Shown: positions 47,909 to 58,221 of the stretch, one piece after another
Numbering within the stretch: position 1 is the first letter of the stretch
Layout of the letters: the number at the start of each line of letters is the position of its first letter
Assembly: GCA_019058445.1 (NCBI GenBank)
Contig: JAHPZA010000010.1
Span: forward strand, 32,001 to 96,000
Source of the DNA: Promethearchaeota archaeon
GTDB taxonomy: Archaea; Asgardarchaeota; Lokiarchaeia; Sigyniarchaeales; SOKP01
Length of the DNA stretch: 64,000 nucleotides
Reading direction: 5' to 3'
Position numbers and translations under genes: made by a program
Notes under the pieces: model-generated
What the model saw: the letters and a program-made list of their open reading frames with translations, nothing else
Told to the model about the DNA's origin: nothing
Databases searched by the model: none

Positions 47909-50776
47909 GTGGAAATAATGGAAATAAATGCACATTCATTAGAAGTTCAAGAAGTAGTTAATAAAATGAATACTTCATTGGACACAGGATTATCTGAAAA
48001 AGAGGTAAATAAAAGAATTGAGGAGTATGGTTTAAACGAATTACGAGAAACTAAAAAAATTTCAGCATGGCAAATCTTTTTAAGTCAGTTTAAGGATTTT
48101 CTGGTTTACTTATTATTATTTGCAATTGCTATATCCCTTATCGTTGGATTTTATGAACTCTCTGTTGGGGAGGAACCTTCTGAATTCTTAGATGCTTTAG
48201 TAATATTTATAATATTAATTATTAACGCGGTTTTAGGATTTTATCAAGAGTATAAAGCAGAACAGGCATTAGAAAGCTTAAAAAGGATGGCCCCCCATAA
48301 TGCTAAAGTTAAAAGGGATGGGATGGTAAAAGAAATTGAGGTAAAATATGTAGTACCTGGAGATATCTTGCAATTAGATGAGGGTGATAAATTACCTGCT
48401 GATGCAAGGTTAATCCAAGCATATTCTTTATATATTGATGAAGCGATTCTTACTGGTGAATCTCAACCTGTCGAAAAAAATCTTAAATTAGTTGAAGAAA
48501 AGACAATTCTTGCAGATCGTAAAAATATGGTGTATAGCAATACAATAATAACTCGAGGTAATGGAGTAGCAATTGCTGTAGCAACCGGAATGCAGACAGA
48601 GATTGGAAAAATTGCTGAAAAAATTCAAGCAGAAGAACCTGAACCAAGTCCATTTCAAATTGAAGTTGACCGTTTTGGAAAATCTTTAGGGAAAATTATA
48701 TTGATTGTATGTTTTTTGGTTTTCTTAATAGAATTCTTTATAATCATATTAACTGAGGGTTTAGAATTTGGAAGGGAAGAAGTAGGCCATATAGTTGCCG
48801 CTTTAACTATAGCTATAAGTCTAGCAGTTTCCGCTGTACCAGAAGGATTAATAGTGGTAATAACAGTAGTTATGAGTATAGGAATGAGAAAGATGGCAGA
48901 TAGAAATGCATTGGTGAAGACTCTTACTGCTGTTGAAACTTTAGGACGGGTAAATATAATATGCTCAGATAAAACTGGCACACTTACTAAAAATGAGATG
49001 ACTATTGTAAAACTATTTCTTGGAGGAAATGAATATAATGTAGAGGGCGTGGGTTATAATGTTGAGGGAAAAATTTTAAATGAATCCGGGAATGCTGTGT
49101 CATTGGACTTATCGTATTTAAAGAGATTTTTAGAAGTAGGAAATTTTTGTAATAATTCTAGTGTAATTATTAATGAGGATGGAGTAAGTACTGATGTTGT
49201 GGGAGACCCGACTGAGATCTGCTTTAAAATTTTAGCATTGAAAATGAGTCTTGATACTAAAGCTGAGAAACTTAATGAAATCCCCTTTAGCTCTGATAGA
49301 AAAATGATGTCTGTTGCCATAAAAATCGATAATAAAATATATTCTTTTCTTAAAGGAGCACCTGATGTTTTATTAAAAAATGCAGCAAAAGGATTTTATA
49401 ATGGAGAAGAAAAACCGATTAATGAGATTAAAGACACCTTTCTTAATAAAAATGAAGAATTTGGTAAAAATGCTTTAAGAGTCTTAGGATTGGCATATAA
49501 ACCACTACATGAAGGTTATAATGAAGAGGATATGGAAAAAGATTACGTATATCTCGGACTTGTAGGTATTATAGATCCTGCTCGAGATGAGGTTAAAAAA
49601 TCAATAGTTCAGGCAAGAATGGCAGGAATTCGAACTATTATGATCACAGGAGATCATAAAATTACCGCAATTGCGATTGCTAAAGAGATTGGTTTAACTG
49701 ATAACGATGATGCTATAACTGGTGCGGAGTTAGAGGAGATATCGGATGAAAATTTAGCAAATCGGCTTCAAAATATAGATGTATTTGCAAGAGTCACATC
49801 GGAACATAAATTACGTATCCTTAAAATCTTAAAGACTCAAGGAAATGTTGTTTCGATGACCGGTGATGGAGTAAACGATGCTCCTGCTGTAAAAGGGGCG
49901 AATGTTGGAGTTGCTATGGGCTTAAAAGGAACTGAAGTCACGCAAGAAGCTTCGGATATGATCCTTATTGATGATAATTATGCCACTATTGTAAATGCGA
50001 TCGAAGAAGGAAGGGGTATTTTTGAAACTACTAAATGTTTCTTTAGATATATGCTAAGCGCAAATTTTGATGAAATAATCCTAATCTTAACAGCCTGGAT
50101 TCTTATGAAGCTTTTCGTTAATGTTTATCTCGCTATACCCCTTGAACCTATACAAATATTATGGTTAAATATTGCCACTGATGGTATTCCGGCGATGGTC
50201 TTAGGTTTAACTCCTACTGATCCTGATGTGATGAATTTTAAACCGCGTAAAGGTTTTAATATGATTGCTGATATCAAGAAAGCCATAATATTTGTGGCCA
50301 TTTTTGCAGCAATCACTGATGTGGCATTATATGTAGTTTGTTGGTCAATTTTAATTCCTGCTTGGAGTGATCCAAATTCACCTTGGTATGATCCCCGTTT
50401 AGTCAATGGAACTACGATTTGGGGCGTGAAATATTCAGCAGAGGAGTATCAAATTGGTGTAGTACAAACTATTGTTTTTACTAATGTAGTCTTTTTCGAA
50501 TTATTCTTTGTATTCTCATGTACTTCTGAATATAAACCAATGTGGGAATTTCCAAACAAACATTTATTCTGGGCGACAGCAGTATCATTTGGATTACACT
50601 TGGCAATTTTATTTACACCACTTTGCATCGCATTCCATGCAGTACCGATGGATCGATGGTTTTACTGGCTAGCAATTTTTTTGGGTTCAATTTTTATTAT
50701 ACCTGCTGAAGAAACAAGAAAATACTTAAAAAGAAGAAATTTTCAAAAAAGTCCACAAAATTTTGAAATCTCATAA
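47909..50776 (+). CDS. P-type ATPase, P2A (SERCA-like Ca2+ pump), copy 1
   Basis: TGES, PEGL, DKTGT, KGAP, TGD, GDGVND, SANFDEI, WLNIATDG; the start may be ATG 47918. Confidence 0.93.
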   Translation: MEIMEINAHSLEVQEVVNKMNTSLDTGLSEKEVNKRIEEYGLNELRETKKISAWQIFLSQFKDFLVYLLLFAIAISLIVGFYELSVGEEPSEFLDALVIFIILIINAVLGFYQEYKAEQALESLKRMAPHNAKVKRDGMVKEIEVKYVVPGDILQLDEGDKLPADARLIQAYSLYIDEAILTGESQPVEKNLKLVEEKTILADRKNMVYSNTIITRGNGVAIAVATGMQTEIGKIAEKIQAEEPEPSPFQIEVDRFGKSLGKIILIVCFLVFLIEFFIIILTEGLEFGREEVGHIVAALTIAISLAVSAVPEGLIVVITVVMSIGMRKMADRNALVKTLTAVETLGRVNIICSDKTGTLTKNEMTIVKLFLGGNEYNVEGVGYNVEGKILNESGNAVSLDLSYLKRFLEVGNFCNNSSVIINEDGVSTDVVGDPTEICFKILALKMSLDTKAEKLNEIPFSSDRKMMSVAIKIDNKIYSFLKGAPDVLLKNAAKGFYNGEEKPINEIKDTFLNKNEEFGKNALRVLGLAYKPLHEGYNEEDMEKDYVYLGLVGIIDPARDEVKKSIVQARMAGIRTIMITGDHKITAIAIAKEIGLTDNDDAITGAELEEISDENLANRLQNIDVFARVTSEHKLRILKILKTQGNVVSMTGDGVNDAPAVKGANVGVAMGLKGTEVTQEASDMILIDDNYATIVNAIEEGRGIFETTKCFFRYMLSANFDEIILILTAWILMKLFVNVYLAIPLEPIQILWLNIATDGIPAMVLGLTPTDPDVMNFKPRKGFNMIADIKKAIIFVAIFAAITDVALYVVCWSILIPAWSDPNSPWYDPRLVNGTTIWGVKYSAEEYQIGVVQTIVFTNVVFFELFFVFSCTSEYKPMWEFPNKHLFWATAVSFGLHLAILFTPLCIAFHAVPMDRWFYWLAIFLGSIFIIPAEETRKYLKRRNFQKSPQNFEIS

Positions 50777-50975
50777 AAATTGATTAGATTACACAATTTA
50801 AAACCTTTTTTTTTATGTTCATTTTCAGTATACATCTAAATATTTTAAAAATTTAAATATCCAGAATAAAGAATATGAATCTTTTATTCTATCGGTTATC
50901 TTTTTAAATCTTATTTATTTTTTAATTTCATATTATATTTATTTTTTAATCATTTATTGAAAATGCGGATCAAAT

Positions 50976-53831
50976 ATGACGATTAAAGAAGTATATCCTC
51001 ATGCAATGAGTATTGATGAAGTTACAAAATCACTGGACACGTCACTCAGCACGGGAATATCGGAACAAGAAGCTAATAAACGATTAGATGAATATGGTTT
51101 AAATGAATTAATCCAAAGAAAAAAAATCTCTCCATTTACTATTTTTATTGGACAATTTAAAGATTTTCTCGTTTATTTACTATTTTTTGCAATAAGTATT
51201 TCGATAATAGTAGGCTTTTATGAGCTTTCCAGGGGTGAAAATCCCTCAGAATTCTTAGATGCCTTAGTTATTTTCATTATTTTAATTTTGAATGCAATTT
51301 TGGGATTTTATCAAGAATATAAGGCGGAAAAATCATTAGAAAGTTTGAAAAGGTTAGCACCTCATTACGCTAAGGTTAAAAGAGATGGTAAAATTAGACA
51401 AATCAGTGTTAAAGATGTAGTGCCTGGAGATGTTATTCAATTAGACGAGGGTGAAAAATTACCTGCTGACGCCCGGTTAACAAAAGCTTTCTCGTTATAT
51501 GTCGATGAAGCTATTCTTACTGGAGAGTCAAAACCAGTTCATAAAAATTTGGATTTATTGGACACAAAAACGATGTTAGCAGATAGAAAGAATTGTATTT
51601 ACAGCAATACAATAATAACAAGGGGTAATGGAGAGGCAATTGTAATCGCTACAGGGATGCAAACTGAAATTGGAAAAATTGCAGAAAAAATTCAAGAAGA
51701 GGAGCCAGAACCAAGTCCTTTCCAGCAAGAAGTTGATCGATTCGGGAAAATGCTTGGAAAAATGATTATGATTGTATGTTTTCTAGTATTTGCTATAGAA
51801 TTGGTAATTATCATAGCTTTTTCTGGAATTGGATTTCAGCAGGAAGAAACAGAAGAGATTATAAATGCATTAACAATTGCAATAAGCCTTGCAGTTTCTG
51901 CCGTACCAGAAGGATTGGTTGTAGTTATTACGGTTGTAATGAGTTTAGGAATGAGACGAATGGCTGATAAAAATGCCTTGGTAAAAACACTTACTGCTGT
52001 TGAGACTTTAGGACGTGTAAACGTCATATGCTCAGATAAAACAGGAACCTTAACTAAAAATGAAATGACAGTTGTAAGGACTTTTATAAATGATAAAGTC
52101 TATAAAGTAGATGGAGTGGGATATAATATAATCGGGACAATCCTTGATGAAAACAATAATGTCATTCAAGAAAATCTTAATCTACTACGTTTTTTAGAAG
52201 TTTGTATGTTCTGTAATAATTCAAGTGTAAATATCATTAATGATGAGGGAGATACGGAAGTTGTGGGTGATCCCACAGAAATTTCACTAAAAGTTTTAGC
52301 AATGAAAATGAATTTACCAACGAAAATAGAAAAAATCGATGAAATACCATTTAATTCAGATAGAAAAATGATGACTGTAATCGCAAGAATTAATGGAGAA
52401 TTATTTGCACTTATAAAAGGAGCACCAGATGTCTTGTTGAAAAAAGCAAGCAAGGTTTTACACCAAGATCAGGATGTACCAATAGAGAAAGCTGAAAAAA
52501 TTATTTTGGAGCAAAATGAATATTTTGCAAAAGAAGCCTTACGAGTGTTGGGAATAGCCTATAAACCTCTAATTGAAGGATATAATGAGGAAAAGGTTGA
52601 AGAAGATTTTATATTCTTAGGTTTAGTAGGAATCATCGATCCCGCTAGGGATGAAGTGAAAAGTTCTATTGAGGAAGCTAGGAATGCGGGTATCAGAACA
52701 ATAATGATAACTGGTGATCACAAAAGTACTGCGATTGCCATAGCAAAACAAATTGGATTAACAGATAATGAAAATGCGATTACTGGAGCAGAATTGGAAG
52801 AAATGTCTGATAATGAATTAGCACAAAGAGTAAAAACTACTGATGTTTTTGCGAGGGTAACTTCAGAACATAAACTTCGCATTCTAAACTCGTTAAAAGC
52901 TGAACAAGACATTGTTTCCATGACCGGAGATGGAGTAAATGATGCACCTGCAGTAAAAGGTGCTAATGTCGGAGTCGCGATGGGGCTAAAAGGAACTGAA
53001 GTTACCCAAGAGGCAGCAGATATGATCCTTATCGATGATAATTACACAACGATCGTTAATGCTATTGAAGAAGGACGTGGTATTTTCGCAACTACAAAGA
53101 GTTTTTTTAGGTATATGTTAAGCTGTAATTTTGATGAAATTTTCATGATTTTAACTGCTTGGATTTTAATGAAAATCTTTATTAATGTTTATTTAGCTCA
53201 ACCACTTGAAGCTATACAAATATTATGGCTAAATGTTGCAACTGATGGAATTCCAGCAATGGTACTTGGATTAACTCCAACAGAACCCGACGTTATGGGA
53301 TATAAACCTCGTAAAGGCTTTAATATGATCTCAGACATCAAAAAAGCAATCATATTTGCAGCAGTTTTTGCGGCAATAACTGATGTAGGATTATATGTAA
53401 TAGTATGGTGGCTAATTAGGGGCCCTACTGGAGATGGAGGAATTTGGATGAATTTAGATCCTCGATTAGTTAATGGAACAACTATTTGGGGGATTCACTA
53501 TTCAGCAGAAGAATATCAAATTGCTGTAGCACAATCAATTGTATTTACCAATGTAGTGTTTTTTGAATTATTTTTTGTATTTTCATGTACCTCTGAAACC
53601 AGACCTGTTTGGGAATTTCGAAATAAACATCTATTTTGGGCAACCGGACTTTCATTCACTTTACATTTAGTAATTCTATTTACGCCATTAGCAATTGCAT
53701 TTCATACAGTTCCAATGGATCGATGGTATCATTGGTTAGCTATCTTTTTAGGCTCTGTGTTTATCATTCCGGCTGAAGAAATGAGAAAATATTTAATTAG
53801 ACGAAAAAAGGCTACAGAAATAATATATTAA
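50976..53831 (+). CDS. P-type ATPase, P2A (SERCA-like Ca2+ pump), copy 2
   Basis: Same motifs (SCNFDEI, WLNVATDG); close tandem paralogue. Confidence 0.93.
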   Translation: MTIKEVYPHAMSIDEVTKSLDTSLSTGISEQEANKRLDEYGLNELIQRKKISPFTIFIGQFKDFLVYLLFFAISISIIVGFYELSRGENPSEFLDALVIFIILILNAILGFYQEYKAEKSLESLKRLAPHYAKVKRDGKIRQISVKDVVPGDVIQLDEGEKLPADARLTKAFSLYVDEAILTGESKPVHKNLDLLDTKTMLADRKNCIYSNTIITRGNGEAIVIATGMQTEIGKIAEKIQEEEPEPSPFQQEVDRFGKMLGKMIMIVCFLVFAIELVIIIAFSGIGFQQEETEEIINALTIAISLAVSAVPEGLVVVITVVMSLGMRRMADKNALVKTLTAVETLGRVNVICSDKTGTLTKNEMTVVRTFINDKVYKVDGVGYNIIGTILDENNNVIQENLNLLRFLEVCMFCNNSSVNIINDEGDTEVVGDPTEISLKVLAMKMNLPTKIEKIDEIPFNSDRKMMTVIARINGELFALIKGAPDVLLKKASKVLHQDQDVPIEKAEKIILEQNEYFAKEALRVLGIAYKPLIEGYNEEKVEEDFIFLGLVGIIDPARDEVKSSIEEARNAGIRTIMITGDHKSTAIAIAKQIGLTDNENAITGAELEEMSDNELAQRVKTTDVFARVTSEHKLRILNSLKAEQDIVSMTGDGVNDAPAVKGANVGVAMGLKGTEVTQEAADMILIDDNYTTIVNAIEEGRGIFATTKSFFRYMLSCNFDEIFMILTAWILMKIFINVYLAQPLEAIQILWLNVATDGIPAMVLGLTPTEPDVMGYKPRKGFNMISDIKKAIIFAAVFAAITDVGLYVIVWWLIRGPTGDGGIWMNLDPRLVNGTTIWGIHYSAEEYQIAVAQSIVFTNVVFFELFFVFSCTSETRPVWEFRNKHLFWATGLSFTLHLVILFTPLAIAFHTVPMDRWYHWLAIFLGSVFIIPAEEMRKYLIRRKKATEIIY

Positions 53832-53940
53832 TTTTTTTTTACTTATAAAATCCTTATTTAGTTAAAATTTTTTAAAAAAAATTACTTCACTTTATTTAAT
53901 AAATAATTATTCAAAATTAAAAGTTTAAGCTGAAATCAAA

Positions 53941-54954
53941 ATGAGTAGAGATATATCTGACGGTATTGAAGAGGGTAATATTGTAATAAAAGTCTTAACA
54001 TGTAATACAACAAGCATAACATTATTGACAGATAAAAAATTTGCTGGTAAAGTAATCCAACCTGATGTAAAAGCAAACAGAGCCGTAGCTGAACACGGTT
54101 TAGCAATGAGTATTAGAATAACAACAAATGATTCCAGTCATCATATTCTATTAGATACGGGAGGTTTAAATGGAACCTTTATGAAAAATTCTGAAAATTT
54201 AAAAGTAGATTTGAGCGATATAGAGAAGGTTATTTTGAGTCATGGTCATTTTGATCATTTCGGAGGATTAATGGATCTTATTCCTAAATTGAAATCAGGT
54301 GCTGAAATATATCTAAATCCAATTTGTTTTGAACCAAATCAAGTTGTACTTACTGCTGAAGGGGTTGAAATTCCTGCTGAAGAATTAGGACCAAATCTGA
54401 GAAAATTGGAAAAAGAAGGTAAAGTATTACGAACTGCTAAATTGCCCTCCCTTAATAAAAACTTAATTTTAGATCTTGCCAATCAGCATAACATAAAAAT
54501 TATTGAAACAAATAAACCTGAAAAATTATATGATGGGATAATTACGAGTGGTGAAATTGAGATTTTTGATGATGCTGAAGTTACTAAAGGTATTTATTTA
54601 GTTAAAAGTAGAAAAGAGCTTGAAGAGCATACTTTTAGGGATGAAACATCATTATATATTAATGTGAAAAATAAAGGATTAATTGTTCTTACTGGATGTG
54701 CCCATTCAGGTCTTCTTAATACTATAAAACACGGTCAAAAGTTAACAGGCATCGAAAAAGTATATGCAATAATAGGGGGCTTACATAAAGAATATGAAAG
54801 TGATGAAAATATTGAGAAAGCAGTAGAATTTATAGAAAAAATAAATCCAGAGGTAACATGTGGAATGCATTGCACAGGTTTTCGTTTTAATGCAGTAATG
54901 AAGCGACATCATTCTCATACTTTAGGAATTGTCGGAACTGAATTTCATTTATAG
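53941..54954 (+). CDS. MBL-fold metallo-hydrolase (COG1237-like), copy 1
   Basis: AEHGLA, LDTG, LSHGHFDHFGG, TGCAHSG, GGLH, HCTG. Confidence 0.88.
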   Translation: MSRDISDGIEEGNIVIKVLTCNTTSITLLTDKKFAGKVIQPDVKANRAVAEHGLAMSIRITTNDSSHHILLDTGGLNGTFMKNSENLKVDLSDIEKVILSHGHFDHFGGLMDLIPKLKSGAEIYLNPICFEPNQVVLTAEGVEIPAEELGPNLRKLEKEGKVLRTAKLPSLNKNLILDLANQHNIKIIETNKPEKLYDGIITSGEIEIFDDAEVTKGIYLVKSRKELEEHTFRDETSLYINVKNKGLIVLTGCAHSGLLNTIKHGQKLTGIEKVYAIIGGLHKEYESDENIEKAVEFIEKINPEVTCGMHCTGFRFNAVMKRHHSHTLGIVGTEFHL

Positions 54955-55232
54955 CTCAATTATTCTTTTTTTCGTTTTCCTTTTTAATTCTTATCACATA
55001 TTCTATATAATATACTCTTTAAACAAGAATTCTATACTTATAGTAGAATTCTTTTTATGTGTAATATCATAAACCATAAAAACAACATTTTTAACTCTAC
55101 ATATAGGTATGCCTAACTAATTTGGACTATTTAAATTTGGGGATTGATGATAACCAAAGTTTTTTAACAAAAGTAACTTCACAAAATTTAATTAATAATT
55201 ATTCAAAATTAAAAGCTAAAGTTGAAATCAAA

Positions 55233-56249
55233 TTGAGTGTAGATATATCAGATGGTATTGAAAGTGGAAATGTAGAAATTAAGGTCTTGACAACGAACAC
55301 GGTAATATCAACTTTATTAACCGAAGAGAAGTTTCAGGGAAAAGTAATACAACCTCAAACTAATGGCAGTAAAATGATTGCAGAACATGGGCTCGCTATG
55401 AGTATAGAGATAACCGAAGGAGATACTAAAAAAATGTTTTTATTGGACACAGGAGGTCCAAAGAACACAGTGATTGAGAATGCTCAGTCGATGGGTATTG
55501 ATTTTAGCCAATACGACAAGCTTATTCTTAGCCATGGACACACGGATCATTATGGTGGAATGTTAAATGTTTTACCGAAATTAAAGGAGGGTTGTGAAAT
55601 AATTTTAACTCCTAACTCATATAATCAGCATATAATTTTAGTACCAAAGCTTGGAGATCCAATTTATACTCCCGAGCAATTAAACGAGAACTTTCGTGAT
55701 TTACAAAAACAAAATGCATTTAGGTTTAATTTCAAGCTCCCGCAATTAAAAAAATCGATGATCGATAATTTGGCAAACCAACACAAATTAAAATTAATTG
55801 AAACAACCGAACCGATAAAACTAGCAAAGGGGATAACAACCAGCGGAGAAATCGAAATATTTGATGAGAATGAAATTACAAAAGGAATGTATTTAATGGT
55901 AGGTAGAAAAGAATTCGCAAAAAACACATTTAGGGACGAGATTTCAATTTATATCAACGTAAAAGACAAGGGACTCGTAGTTATAACTGGTTGTGGTCAT
56001 ACAGGGGTAGTGAACACGATAAAACACGGACAAAAACTTACAGGCATAGAAAAAGTATATGCCGTTATTGGGGGATTTCATAAAGAATGGGAAACAACCG
56101 AAGATATTGAAGAATCTGTAAAATTTATTGAAAATTTAAATCCAGAGGTTACTTGTGGAATGCATTGCACGGGTTTTGAATTTAATAAGATTATGTCTAG
56201 GCACCCTTCCCATACGTTCGGAATAGCAGGTACCGTATTTCATTTATAA
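55233..56249 (+). CDS. MBL-fold metallo-hydrolase (COG1237-like), copy 2
   Basis: Same motifs; start moved to TTG 55233 (MSVDISDGIE aligns with MSRDISDGIE of copy 1). Confidence 0.88.
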   Translation: MSVDISDGIESGNVEIKVLTTNTVISTLLTEEKFQGKVIQPQTNGSKMIAEHGLAMSIEITEGDTKKMFLLDTGGPKNTVIENAQSMGIDFSQYDKLILSHGHTDHYGGMLNVLPKLKEGCEIILTPNSYNQHIILVPKLGDPIYTPEQLNENFRDLQKQNAFRFNFKLPQLKKSMIDNLANQHKLKLIETTEPIKLAKGITTSGEIEIFDENEITKGMYLMVGRKEFAKNTFRDEISIYINVKDKGLVVITGCGHTGVVNTIKHGQKLTGIEKVYAVIGGFHKEWETTEDIEESVKFIENLNPEVTCGMHCTGFEFNKIMSRHPSHTFGIAGTVFHL

Positions 56250-56272
56250 TTAAAATATATTTTATTTTTTTA

Positions 56273-57361
56273 TTATTCTTCTTTAATTTCTCCAAAAGTT
56301 TTAAAAAAAAGTCCTATACCTATTAACTTAAAGGTATCTTGGACATTTATATTATTTAAGGCAGATGTTTCTATAAAAAAAGAGTTTAATTCTTCAGCTT
56401 TATTCATACCTTCTTCTTTAGAAACCTGCCTTTGCTCTTCTAAATCGATTTTATTACCAATTAGCACAAATGGAATGTTCCCTAATTCTTGTCGAGCATC
56501 CTTATGCCAGAAATCTATAGCCTCGTTAAATGTCTCTCTTCGAGTAATATCATATACTACAAAAACACACTTCGCTCCGGTATAATATTTATGCCTGATT
56601 AATTTAAAATATTCTTGACCTGCAAGATCATAAATCAGGAATTTAATTAAGTTATTTTTAAATCCTTGAAGATAATAGTGTTGAGTAGATATTGAGATTC
56701 CTAAAGTAGGTCGATAGTCTACAACTTGCTTTTTTTGAAGAAAACTATTAACTAAAGTTGTTTTACCTACCGCAGCAGAACCTAAAATTATGAGCTTAAA
56801 AGCATGCTTTCTTGGTTTATCGCTGCTGATATGATGTACTAATTTAACTTTTGAATCCATTGATGTTGATGAATCAACAGCGTGACGATTTAATTCTAAA
56901 GAGAAATCATCGCTAATATTTAAATCGGGAATTTCTAAACTACTATATTTAGGATCGAAACTATTTTCAAAGATCTGAGCAAGTTTCTCTACCACAAGAT
57001 AAGCAATTGGATAAAATTTATCTAAATCGATATTTGAAGCACAGACGCATAGTAAAATTGCTTCAGGTCCAGCTTCAAGATAAACAATCTGATTATTTTG
57101 AGCTTCAAATGAACCAGTACCAAAATGACCAATTTGATATTCTAATGGGATCTTGTTTAGTAATTCCTCTATAATTTCTGAAATCTCATGATTGTGCTGT
57201 TTTATTTCTTTTTCATCTGCTGCATCATCTAACTTCAAATCACCATACTTAGCAATTAAGAGACCTTGTCTAGAATAGAGAAATGCAATCTCAAGATCGT
57301 CTCGCGAAGTAATAAAATTCTTTAATACTTGAGAAATGCTTTCTTGTTTTCTTATTGCCAT
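56273..57361 (-). CDS. Roadblock/longin domain fused to a Rab-like small GTPase
   Basis: N-terminal AFLYSRQGLLIA; C-terminal GSAAVGKT, DLAGQE, GNKID, ETSA. Confidence 0.88.
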   Translation of the reverse strand: MAIRKQESISQVLKNFITSRDDLEIAFLYSRQGLLIAKYGDLKLDDAADEKEIKQHNHEISEIIEELLNKIPLEYQIGHFGTGSFEAQNNQIVYLEAGPEAILLCVCASNIDLDKFYPIAYLVVEKLAQIFENSFDPKYSSLEIPDLNISDDFSLELNRHAVDSSTSMDSKVKLVHHISSDKPRKHAFKLIILGSAAVGKTTLVNSFLQKKQVVDYRPTLGISISTQHYYLQGFKNNLIKFLIYDLAGQEYFKLIRHKYYTGAKCVFVVYDITRRETFNEAIDFWHKDARQELGNIPFVLIGNKIDLEEQRQVSKEEGMNKAEELNSFFIETSALNNINVQDTFKLIGIGLFFKTFGEIKEE

Positions 57362-57526
57362 TTATCTCCCTAATAAGGGATAGTTTATCATAAAAAAAAA
57401 TCTTCTATTGTATTTCAGTCTTAAAATTAAATGTTTTCAATAATTTTAAATCTTTTTTAAAATTTAATTTATTAATAATTTAGACATATTAAAAGATAAT
57501 TCTATATAAGTAACGAGAGAATAAGA

Positions 57527-58216
57527 ATGAATATTGCTGAAGTTTTAAAGAATAAAATCGAGGCCGGTCAAAATGTTCTTACTGAATTTGAATCTAAAGA
57601 GCTTCTTGAAGAAATCGGTATAAAAATTCCTGCTCAGAATCTGACCAAAACTAAGGATGAAACTATAGCTGCCGCTGAAAAAATAGGTTTTCCCGTTGTA
57701 TTAAAACTTATGGCAGAAGATGTTGTTCATAAATCAGATACCGGAGCAGTGAAGCTAAATATTAAAAACAAAGAAGAAGTTGGAAGTGCCTATGACGATT
57801 TAATGAAAATTGAATCACAATCGGAAAAGCAAATATCAGTTCAAAAAATGGCCGATGAACCTATAACTGAATTGATTATTGGTATGACGACAGATGCCCA
57901 GTTCGGCCCAGCTTTAATGTTTGGGATAGGAGGTATTTTAGTGGAGCTTTTGGAAGATGTCAGTTTTAGAATCGCCCCTATTACCGAATATGATGCAAAA
58001 GAGATGATTCATGAAATCAAAGGCTTTCCCATTTTAGATGGATATCGAGGCAAGCCTAAAGCAGATATCAATGCAATTGTGGATACTTTGTTAAAAATAT
58101 CTGACCTCGTGGTAAAAAATGAGGAAATTTTTGAAATGGATTTAAATCCCGTATTTATTTACGAAAATGGATTACTCTGCGTTGATGCGAGGATTATCCT
58201 AAAAAAGAAAGAATAA
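57527..58216 (+). CDS. acdB: ADP-forming acetate/acyl-CoA ligase beta subunit (ATP-grasp)
   Basis: LTEFESKELL, GFPVVLK, HKSDTGAV, FGPALMFGIGG, DLNPV, VDARI. Confidence 0.88.
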   Translation: MNIAEVLKNKIEAGQNVLTEFESKELLEEIGIKIPAQNLTKTKDETIAAAEKIGFPVVLKLMAEDVVHKSDTGAVKLNIKNKEEVGSAYDDLMKIESQSEKQISVQKMADEPITELIIGMTTDAQFGPALMFGIGGILVELLEDVSFRIAPITEYDAKEMIHEIKGFPILDGYRGKPKADINAIVDTLLKISDLVVKNEEIFEMDLNPVFIYENGLLCVDARIILKKKE

Positions 58217-58221
58217 TTCAA

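Noticed and set aside
55122-55232. N-terminal extension of the second MBL gene in the track
   Set aside because: Corresponds to the duplicated upstream non-coding region; paralogue alignment supports the start at 55233.
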